Assembly: GCA_001949185.1 (NCBI GenBank)
Contig: BDGG01000010.1
Span: 1,790,773 to 1,854,772, forward strand
Length of the DNA: 64,000 nt
From: Ramazzottius varieornatus
Taxonomy: Eukaryota > Animalia > Tardigrada
Direction of reading: 5' to 3'
The notes under the pieces are model-generated. The model had not been told where the DNA came from and searched no databases. It was given only the letters and a program-made list of their open reading frames with translations. A program made the position numbers and the translations under genes. Below, piece by piece: positions 37,952-49,062 of the stretch. The first letter of the stretch is position 1. Every line of letters starts with the position of its first letter.

Positions 37952-39601
37952 ATGACTACCGTGGAAGAACTGATGAAGGATGAAATCCTGGCGGAGCTGG
38001 CCGACGATATTGCGCATCTCGGAACTGATGATCTGCGAAGCCGAACACGTCTCTTGGACAGTGAACTGAAGATCATGCGGTCCGAGGTGATGCGAATCAA
38101 CCACGAAGTACAGTCCATGAAGGATCGAATCAAGGACAACACGGACAAGATCAAGATGAACAAAGTCCTGCCGTACCTTGTGTCAACCGTCGTAGAAATT
38201 CTCGATGTCGATCCCAAAGAGATTGCTGAAGAGGAAGGTGCCAATGTCGACTTGGACGCTGTACGTAAAGGCAAGTGTGCTGTGGTGAAGACGTCCACTC
38301 GTCAAACGTTCTTCCTTCCCGTGGTTGGTTTGGTCGATCCTGAGGAACTGAAGCCAGGTGATTTGGTCGGGGTGAATAAGGATTCATATCTCATTCTGGA
38401 AAAGCTTCCTGCAGAGTATGATGCCCGAGTCAAGGCTATGGAAGTGGATGAACGACCAACTGAGCAGTACACTGATATTGGTGGCTTAGACAAACAGATT
38501 CAGGAACTCGTGGAAGCAATCGTTCTGCCTCTTACTCACAAGGATCGTTTCGAAAACCTGGGAATCCACCCTCCCAAAGGTCTGTTTTTATAGAAAGAAC
38601 GATTATCTGTGCAGTGATGACTACTTTAATTGACTAAGTATGAACCGGAAGTGACTCGGAACAGTATAGTCACGTTGTTTGTGTGTTATAGGTGTTCTTC
38701 TGTATGGACCTCCTGGAACAGGAAAGACCCTGATGGCTCGTGCATGTGCTGCCCAGACGAAGTCAACTTTCTTGAAGCTGGCTGGTCCTCAGCTCGTGCA
38801 GATGTTCATTGGTGATGGTGCTAAACTTGTTCGTGATGCCTTCGCATTGGCCAAGGAAAAGGCTCCAGCTATCATCTTCATCGACGAACTGGACGCCATC
38901 GGTAAGTCGGCGTCCGACCGATGGTAGCTGCTGCAATGCTTCCTATTTGGACGCCTCTTGCCGTCTACTGAATTTTTCCTTTTCGTTTGCCACTGGTCTG
39001 ACAGACGGTCCTTACAGGTACGAAGCGTTTCGACAGCGACAAGTCCGGCGATCGGGAGGTGCAGCGCACCATGTTGGAACTGCTGAATCAGATGGATGGG
39101 TTCAGTTCTTTCACCGAGATCAAGGTACTATAAGCAATCTAACGTTGAATGGAGCTCGTGAACTAGGTCTTCAGCCGCTATACAAACTAGATAACAGCTT
39201 TGTGCAATCCCGTTGCGTCGCAAGTGCTGTGTTGGTCAATTCAGAATTTCTGGTACTTGTAGGTTATCGCAGCTACGAATCGTGTGGACACGCTGGACCC
39301 TGCCCTAATGCGCTCGGGTCGTCTGGATCGAAAGATTGAGTTCCCTCATCCGAACGAAGACGCTCGCGCGCGCATCATGCAGATCCACTCCCGCAAGATG
39401 AACGTTAGTGCTGGAGTGAACTTCCAGGAGCTGGCTCGCTGCACGGAAGACTTCAATGGTGCCCAGTGTAAAGCTGTCTGTGTGGAAGCTGGCATGATCG
39501 CTCTTCGCCGAGAAGCTGTACAGGTAACCCACGATGACTTCATGGACGCCGTTCTGGAAGTACAGGCGCGAAAGAAGAGCAATTTGAACTACTACGCTTA
39601 G
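37952..39601 (+). CDS. PSMC3: 26S proteasome AAA-ATPase subunit Rpt5 / 6A
   Basis: [68 protein letters not shown] and C-terminal LNYYA. Confidence 0.97.
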
Positions 39602-40178
39602 GCGACGTCGGTCTATTCGTGTCGACGGTTTGTATTTTTCAGTTAGTGTTCAACACCGAATATATGGAGCTTTTTTGCTAGTAGTGGTCGAATTCTTATC
39701 TACTTCGATAGCAATCATAGCATGGCCATAGAGGGAATTCCGAAATTATCCCTTCTGGAGAGCAAGCCTCGAAAATATGCTATCGTTACAGTCTGTTTCA
39801 TAGATGGCGAGGTCCTGTACCCGGAACCCTATAGTACGAGACTTCGAGAAGTCGCTGATCTTTGGAAGGCTAACTTCGGATAATTGATCGTCTCTAAACA
39901 GATGAGTCTTCTTTGCTGTTGGGTAGGTCATCTGACTTCATTCTTGTTATTTCGCTGACGATAAGGAGTTTTGTAGTTGTAATTAGAGTGACTCATTCCG
40001 ACATCTGTTCTCGAAAGCGAACAGCTGTTGCAGTGTCTATTCTAGATATTAACATCTGGCCATTCTGCTTAAGAAGATTACGGCGAAACTCCTGTGGCTG
40101 TGTTGATCATGACGAGACCGTGATAACTGACAGGCACATCAACTATCGCGGCTAGAAAGATGAATCGGCGAACAACCA

Positions 40179-40213
40179 CGGCGGCGAAGAGCCACGCCGG
40201 CTCTTCGCTGCCG
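40179..40213. repeat. GC-rich 15-bp hairpin
   Basis: CGGCGGCGAAGAGCC-acgcc-GGCTCTTCGCTGCCG, with one G-T pair. Confidence 0.65.
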
Positions 40214-43200
40214 AAGCTCGCGGTGGGTTAGACGGTGAAGCTTACAGTTAGACCATCAGCCGTTCTACGTTTCGGGTCGAAGTAACAAGCTAAATCAATG
40301 CTAAATCTTCATTGGAAACTTTTTGTTTCTCTCGTAGGCTTATCAGCTCCATCCCTTCAAGCATCGCAACTCTGCAGAAAACACGTGTTGACTCTGTCGA
40401 AACGTCCGATTAAGCTTTCTGATTGCTCTAATCGGGCATTTCTGCCTTGGTGAATGACGAAGTACCCGATCGTTCTACTGGGTTCGTATGGGGGAAAACA
40501 CCAGCCTCGGTGATAGAGCAGCAAGGGCGAAAAGTTGGTGTGACAGGTGTGAGCAGGATCCAGAGTACCCCGTGGAAGAACTAGTTTCCTTTCTCTGTGA
40601 TGTCCCCTCAACAACGAAGTAAGCGTGATCTGACCCACAGCCTTTCTCCTTTTGTAGTGGCGCCACCAACACGTACCTGACGAGGTCTGACCACCATCTT
40701 TCTTCTAGCACGGTACTTACGTCCGCGGTGTAGGCACTCAGTGGAGCGGAATCAGATCAATTGCACCACGACAAAAACGCCAGGTCACAAGCTTTTAAAC
40801 CGGTTTGGCAACCTCAAATCAGTTTAGTGCGCAAGCACATGCTTCATTCTGTCCATAATCGCTCCACCTTTGCTGTGTGCTCGGCAGAGTTTTGTACGAT
40901 TGCTGCGTGCCTTGCGGTGCTCTTTGAAATTTTATCAGAGCTTCGTGTTTGCACAGCATATACTTGGTCTCGACTCTCGAGGAAGCCGTTTCAGCACGGC
41001 TGGGTGCACGCTTGAGTGCGCCAGTTCAAGCGATAAGCATTATCGATTGGCCCAGCCGGCCTTCCATATGCGCAGCCCAGGCTGCCTCGGCCTCTTGTGC
41101 ACACCATGGCCCACGCCCCATCACGACATACAGACAAGGCAGAGTGGGGAGGCCAAAGTGCAAAAATAACCATCGATTGGTGCTCGAGCTTCGTTGCGAA
41201 ACGCACTGGCAACCAAGGAAGCTCGGTACCAGTCAAGCTCGACTTTGCTTCAAGGAAAATGCCATGTTGACGAGTTGAGTAGTTTTCAGAGAATGATCGC
41301 GCAAAACATAGGAATTTTAGAGGATTAGATCTTGTACTATCGAATATATGGGCGGATAAAATGTCTTCTACCGTGGTATCACCGGAAAAGCTGGGAGAAA
41401 CTAGGTAAGTTGGACCGTTGAGGACCCTTTGGTAATTTTTTAGTTTCGTTGTAGACGTAACGGGCTGTAATCGTACCTAGACGGTGAAACTTTAAAGAAG
41501 GGTGATTTCGAATCTGGGAGTTCCAGGAAGGCCAAAAATGGGTGCACGTCGAATGTCTGGAGTAAGTAGGAGGACATCCCTGTTCGCCGTTTCGATGGTT
41601 TGCTCTGGTCACGTAGACAGCAACAGTTTATCGATGAGGAGTGGGCCTCGTGATCGTGTTGCTAGTTTTGGGAGGCCTTGCTGTGACGTTAGTTCGTGAT
41701 CCTCTTTGCGCGGATAAAGCCACTTGCATTCCGTGACGTCAAAGCCTGTTGTTTACGTTATGCTACGCGGAAATATTTTGGCAACGTTGTCTGGTTCCGC
41801 GGAAGTCGGTACGACGGTAACTATGCAGTAACGTCGTGCTTTCTCGCTATGTACCGTTGATAATTTCTGTGCTTGAAATTAACGTACTAGTACTAGTTAG
41901 GCGTCCGGTTTGGAAGGGCCAGATAGAATTCGCTGTAACCGGCGAGACAAAGGACTCGAGAGGACATTCGTGGAATTCGCCCCGCTGGACTGTAGATAAC
42001 GGGGCTAGTCTTCTTGCACGATCGAATGCGGGTTTCGAATCGATTATTCTCTGGCCTCATATTTCCCAGGAAAGAAGCATCCGGTCGGCCAGCCCAGCTG
42101 CTGTCCTGCTTCCTCCTTGTGTTTACAGAACGCCTATTTCGAGCTTCTCTCCTCAGAGCGCGATCGTGCCTAGAGTCCCTTCTCGCTCCCTCTCCTGCCG
42201 ATTCTGCTCAATCGATTCGAGCGGCAGCTATCACTCTCTCCTGCTCTCTCTTCCCCGGTCTCGTGCTGAAATGGAAATTCCTCAAACCGGCTTGGAATAT
42301 TCGTTGACTTTTCCCACAACCTAAACTCGTTCGTCGGGTTTCATATTGAATTGTTAAATTTTATGAGTGAGGTTTCGCGCTTTCTCTACTCATTCACAAA
42401 CCGGTCCACAGTCCAGAAAGATGTGAAGTTTGTGCAGTCGTCATAAAGGCGCGCTTGACCAAAGGCCGTTTTGATAACGTTGTGTGACGGGCAAGATATT
42501 GTACGACACAGGGTAGGGTAGGGAAGCGTTACGCTTTCAGGATGAGATCATCGGCATCGTCGGGAATTTTAAAATGGATGAATGAGTTTTAGAACGTGAC
42601 GGTATCTGACAGACGATCTGTCTGGCGCCCAAGCTTATGAAGTCACTGATCCACTCATTCAGTATTTTCGGCGTACGTAAGTGTTGACCACCCAGGCGCC
42701 CACTCATAGGGTACAGCCCACTTGGGCTCTGCGTAACTTACAATCATCCAGAAAACCATCAACTATTTCTGGAAAACCACGCTCACCCATCGTACAGTCG
42801 TACGTCGCACTGGATGCACCCAGAAAGCACCAGCTGTATCAGGCTATCAGCTTGGAAAACTCAATTTTAAAATTATCTAATCATCATTTACTGTAGTTCG
42901 CCGGTTTTCTTCTCCGGTTGTAATCCAGTCTTACTCTTCATCTTTGTTCTACTTTGTCGGAGGAATTGATAAAAAGATGAGGTATGACTCGACGAGGGTT
43001 CCGCATAACAGGGTGTTTCTCGTGAGATAAATAGCTTACGACGCCGGTTCCAAAAGTTAAAACTAACGAATTACTTTTGTTTATAGAATGGATACTCACG
43101 TCGAAACGTCCAAAGGTGGAGGATACGAGTCGCTTCGCAAGCTCACCTCGCAGAGTGATTCGGACATCATGAAGTTCTACCATCGTTCGGAGTCCAACAG

Positions 43201-43610
43201 CAGCGACGAAGGAGTCGTCGTCGATTGTCCTGCACAAGTTCAAAATGGTGGGTAATCGATCGCTTAGAGTATTTACACCATTTCCCCGTTTCGTTGACGC
43301 GGCGCGTGCTGGACCACTTGACCGCGTGTCGCTTGATTGTTGATTATCCAGCCGATGCTCTGCTGGAATGGTGTATGACGTCGTGACTTGTTCGGCGTAG
43401 GTTTTTATTGTGGATTGACCACTTTATTACGTGTGTTCGCGCGAGTCTCAAAGTGGCGCACCGCATACTGCTTTCTAGGACCGGGTGGTGTCTGCGCCAG
43501 TAAATCGGGAAGATGAATGGCTATTGGCTCTTTCTACCGGTGTTATGAACCATGTCTAATTGTCTTCTTTCTTTGCAGTAGTTTTTCGAACTCGTTCAGT
43601 GGGAGTCGAC

Positions 43611-45128
43611 ATGGTGGATTGTGATACTTCGCGCCGTCGGCGTGCTTCAATCCTCGAGGTTTCCGAGGATACGTCCAGTTCGGACGACGAGATCGACATG
43701 AAGAGGCTGGACAACCGGCTGGACTCCTTCATCAACTGGCCAGTCACCCACAAGTCACCACAAGTCATGGCAGGCGCCGGATTCTTCTATCTGGGAGTCA
43801 GAGACGCCGTCGAGTGCGCGTTCTGTCACAACCAGTTGAATGACTGGAGTGTTGGAGACATTCCTTTGGAAGAGCACAAGAAGTTCTTCCCATATTGCTC
43901 ATACGTGATCTCAAAGTCGTTAGACCTAACAGCTGCGGCTCCCTCTACCCGTATGAACATTATGGCACCAGCAGGTTCCGATGATGATGAAATGGCTGGG
44001 GAAGATGTGTGCGGAAGGTATTTCGCCGCCCGAAACCCTCGACCAGTCTTGCTTCCTTCCGCTCCAAAAGTGGCAACTATGGCCATGTACAACGCTCGTT
44101 TTGCCACCTTTGCTAACTGGCCAGTGGAAAAGACCCAGTCCCCCAGAGATCTCGCCACAGCGGGACTGTTCTTCACCGGACAAGGCGATCAGACGCAGTG
44201 CTTCCACTGTGGGGGTTTCTTGCAGAACTGGGACCGACAGGATGTCCCTTGGACGGAACATGCGCGATGGTACCCCCACTGCCAATACCTGATCGCAAGC
44301 ATGGGACAAACTTTTGTGGAGGCAAATAACAGTGGTGGGTCTTCTAGCCCATCGTCTGGAATCGAAGGTAAAATTGTTGGTCTGAATTTCTGAATTTGAT
44401 CTTGTAGTAGTTGATTGATGGTACCATTGATTGGGTGGTGGTAGTTGACTGAAGGCTTCATTTTTGGTTGTAGATGCATCTTTTAGTTATTCGTCGTCTT
44501 CGCAGTCTTCACAAGAAAGCGGAACATCGTCGCAGGGATTCTCTGACGAAGCCATGTCAGATGAGGAAACTGAAGAAGAGATAATTGGACAAGCGATCAT
44601 GAGGAAGTGCGATCACAACTTGATTGAACAAGCGCTGAGGGAAAAGCGAGAAACCTTTTCTTTTGCAAGATTTCACAGCGTTGATGAATTGATGGAAGCT
44701 GCCAAAGCCATTGAAGTTCGCCAAGCGTAAGTTTCTGCTCTCTTTGTGCCAGTAGAGAGTTGAAAGGTCGGTGATAGAATGCGGATGTTTCTTTGCAGGG
44801 AACAGAAGAAGACGATGGCAGAGAACATGCAAAAGGCGAAAGAGGCCGTTGCCGAAAGGTCGCCAGCAGATGGTAGGAAAGGTTCTTTCTGTTGCTCTTG
44901 TGGGAACTTCGTTTGAGGTTTGGGCTTCTTGCAGTTGAAAGTATTGCGAAGGAATACGAGAGATTAAAGACGGAGAGAATCTGTAAAGTGTGCCTGGATG
45001 CCGATAGTCAGATGGTTTTCCAGCCTTGTGGACACTTGGTGTGCTGTGTCTCCTGTTCGTCCAAGATGACCAGCTGCCCAGTATGCCGAACAACTATCAG
45101 CTCGAGAAGCCGCATTTACCTGTCGTGA
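43611..45128 (+). CDS. Inhibitor of apoptosis (2 BIR + UBA-like + RING), DIAP1/BIRC-like
   Basis: BIR1 RLDSFINWP..AGFFY..CAFC..H...C, BIR2 RFATFANWP..CFHCGG..EHARWYPHC and RING CKVCLD..PCGHLVCCVSC..CPVCR. Confidence 0.95.
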
Positions 45129-46713
45129 GGAGTAAAGAGTCTGGGAAAACCGGGATGAAGTCACCTTGCCAGTAGAAGATAAGCAGAAGGAGGAGGAAGG
45201 GAGAGAAGATTAAGTCTTGTTTAATGGTGCTGAAGTTGTGATACTTTTACTTTTCCACATTACGCAGAGCTCCTTAAAAAGCATCAAACTAGGTGCTACC
45301 CGTAATCGTATGCAAGCATTACTCTTTTTGTCATCTGTAGGCACCCTTCGAGCATTGGTGATGTGTCTGTGGTATTTCGACTAATTTTGTGTTGGCGGAA
45401 TGGGGAAGCCAGTGGTCGTTCCACCGTGTGGACCGTCTCACGAGTTGTACGCACAGTATTTGCATGATATGTTCATAATCAATAAATGTTTCTGATTTCG
45501 TCAACATCGACAAACAGTCTCATATGCCGCAGGAAACTGAGGTTGAACTTAAGGGAGAAGAGTCGGATGACAGCTCCGTTGAGTGACCACTTCCTTGTTC
45601 CCCGCTCGACCCGCGCACTACGTCATAGGACGCTGAAGTAAGCGGGAGAAACCCGGAGAGTGAACTGGCTAACGGGAAAACCACCGTATTCACGAACGTC
45701 CACACATACAACACTTGGTTCTTTCGGCTGGGAGAAGACCCGGAATCAGATACCATGCTCTTGAAGCGCACAATCATCGTCACAATGGGATGAACTGGCA
45801 AGTAGCTACTTCCTTCGGTGCAGCCGACACGAATGGTAAGTTGAAAGAGTACTTGGGTCGTGGCTGACTCTGATTTCAAACGTTGCTACACGGCCAAAGT
45901 TTCAATTGTAAGGGTTTACTTTGTTTGCAGTGGAAGTTTGTGTTCGAAGAGTGGAGATACGCTATGCTACACAATCTGAACCGCATCGGTGGAGCCAATT
46001 GATCCAACCGAGTGGATGCGGACCACGTGGTGGTACTTGTACCACGTGGTGTTTGCGCTGAATACAATGGCAAACGTAGCAGCGGTACCTACCTTCCTCC
46101 TCCACCGACCAGGCTCGGCAATGTCTACATCGGCTCAAGACTCAACAGTAGAAGAGGTACTGCTGTACGAGAGTGACAGCCGCACTGGCGAAGGTACCTC
46201 CTTTACGATGATGAACTAGTTTAAATCTCTCACTGGGCAGCTTTGCTTCGTCACGGAAAGTTTCTGACCAGGTAGCCGAGCTATAGGACCTCTCAGCATG
46301 AGGTAGTGACTATAAAGTGCGTTAAATGTGATGAAGTACTTGGCGTAAGGGCTTGTGAGACCCCAATATGATAATCGCCCTGGTGCGGCCTTGCCAACGG
46401 TACTCGTCAAGGTAATATACCCGACGTTAGAGATAACTTTCTCGTTAAAATTGTTATCTAGGAATTCGACCACGATATCCGTCTGTTCAACTGGGAGAAA
46501 CATTCCTGATAAACCATGGAACGCTGTCGAATATGCGTAACGGATTCATTACCCGGAACTGTGCGACAAGCTTCGTTGGTTCATTAAGTTCCTTCCTCTG
46601 GCATTCACAGCGATCTGATTGATCTTAAGTGAGTAAACTAGACCAGTTTGTCAATCTGCCAACCACATCCTGGCTTTCATGGTTGTTTTGTTTATTACAG
46701 CCTTCTTTTTGAA

Positions 46714-48722
46714 ATGAATCGTTTGTTCGCGAAGAAGAAATCAAAGTCTCCGGAGAATAATGCGGTTTCTCCGGTTTCTGAGAATACCAATTTCCAGCCT
46801 GAGAACGTGCCTTCATTGACTCGGGATAAGTCTTCGGACGGCAATGATTCGACAGGCTCGGGATCTCCACGTTCTTCCTCAAACAGTATTTCCCCTAAAT
46901 CCACATTGTCAGACAGCCGTAACGGCGCGACGAGCTCTCCGTCACCAACGGGGAAACCGAATGGACAACTCCCCAATAATGCCGCTGCTAAACCCAAATT
47001 AGTCTTCCATTGTCAACAAGCTCAAGGAAGTCCGACCGGTCTGATATCTGGATTTACATCCGTCCGAGAGCTCTATCAGAAAATTTCAGAATGCTACGAC
47101 ATGGATCCTTCTCAGGTACGAAAACTTGTTCATCGTGGTAACGAGTGAATCAGCCACTACGGGGTAAGTCGGCCACCCTTGAGCATTCCTGCTGTACGTA
47201 ATAAAATGGAGAGGTGGCCGACTTGACTGCATAAGGTCGATTCCGCCGATGTGTTTTGATGTCTTCAGGAAGGTGTTACTTGTCATTGCAGATTTTGTTT
47301 TGTACGCTGAATACTCACAAAGTTGATATGAATCGGCTGCTGGGTAAGTCTTGATATTCGGGAACGCGGAACAGGTTTCGAAGAGCCCTTTGGGTTCTTC
47401 ACCTGCTGTGACGCCTCGGATGGATTCAAAATTAGTGTTCGTTATTGCCGAACAAGTTATTGTTTATTCTAGGCGGTCAGATTGGGCTGGACGATTTCAT
47501 ATTTGCACATGTCAAGGGACAAGCCAAAGAGATAGAAATTGTCAAAGAAGAAGACGCGCTAGGGCTGACAATAACGGATAATGGCGCTGGTTATGCATTT
47601 ATCAAGCGCATCAAAGAGAACAGCTTGATGGATCAGATCGATGGCAAACCTGTATGGATAAAAAGAGTTTATTTACATTTGCGGCACGTCCGTACGTAAC
47701 ATAATTAGCATCGTGACAGCACGTCTTTTCGCTCCTGCAGGTTAACGTGGGAGACCACATTGAAAAGCTCAACGGCGAGTCGCTGGTCGGATGTCGGCAC
47801 TTCGAAGTGGCCCGCAAACTGAAAGATATACCAAGAGGATCAACATTTACCATACGACTGATAGAACCGCTCAAAGCCGGTTTCGGTAAATGACAACTGG
47901 GACATCGGCAAATGAAAGTTGATGAACACGATCGTTACCTCAAGCGGTGCACATTTTCATTGCTATCGGCTGAATCTATGCGCCACTTGGGAAAACAATG
48001 CTTAACTCCTTCGCCGACGCTCCAGCTGTAACTCACTACCGTTTTTCATATCTTACTCAATCATATCTTCCTGCAGCTAATATTGGACCGCCAAATCGTA
48101 AAGGTGGGAAGAACGGAATAGTATCAAATGGAAAAGCCACACTGCGATTAAGAGCCAAAGGACCTGCAACGGTGGAAGATGCCGTAAGTAACTTCCTTGT
48201 TTGAGTTTGGTTGTCCTAGCGTAAGGAGGGCTAATTGTTCATTTGCACTGCAGCCTGACGCCGTTGTATCCGCTGTGACGGAGAAAATCAACAGTCTACT
48301 AGAGTCTTTCCTCGGTATCAACGACATTGATCTAGGTGAGCAGCAAAGCAGCAATTTTAACAGCCGACTTGACGGTCGATAAACGCTTTCGGGTACCATC
48401 AGACGGTCGTGACTGCGGAGTACCCATAATCGTTTTGTTTCGCAGCGACGAACATATGGGAACTTGGACAGGACAAAACCAATACGCATGACTTCGCACT
48501 TGCCTTGGGTAAGGGAAAGTACTCCGGTTCAACACCGTCCTTCCGCTTCAACGAGAATCTTCCTGTTAGGACTGAAGTCTCGTTTTTATAGATTCTTCTG
48601 AACTTGCGGCCTTTGGCTTCACCGACGACTTTGTCTTCGATCTGTGGGGAATAATCAGTGATGCAAAGTCAGGCCGATTGGTTAACAGTAAGGACGATCC
48701 GAAGTTCGAGATGAACTTCTAA
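46714..48722 (+). CDS. GIPC: PDZ-domain protein GIPC (kermit-like), multi-exon
   Basis: [65 protein letters not shown] and [13 protein letters not shown]. Confidence 0.95.
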
Positions 48723-49062
48723 CGCTTGTTTCTTATCCAGAAGTTGGTACCGAATGCATCAGATTTCTTTATTGCCGCACCGGTGATATTTATTATTGTT
48801 CATACGAGTACGAGTATTCTGAAGCTTCGCGCAGGCACCATGAAGAGTTTTCATGTGAAGTTAAGTTAGAACTAAACCGTATAATAAAACTGAAAACAGA
48901 AGGTTAACTAACATACAAAGTCAAACAAAAGCAAAGCCGACCAGCAGAAAACTGTCAATGAGGCAACTGGAATGAAAGGTACATACGCAACAGAGAACGA
49001 TAAAACTTCAACCTGAATCAGTCCAAAATTTAACCTAATTAATATTGTTCAAACATTTACCA

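Noticed and set aside
38580-38692. GTGATGA box C in PSMC3 intron 1
   Set aside because: No downstream CTGA box D, terminal stem or recognisable guide.
41836-42324. 162-aa ORF upstream of the IAP
   Set aside because: GTG start, no domain, overlaps the pyrimidine-rich promoter/UTR; likely spurious.
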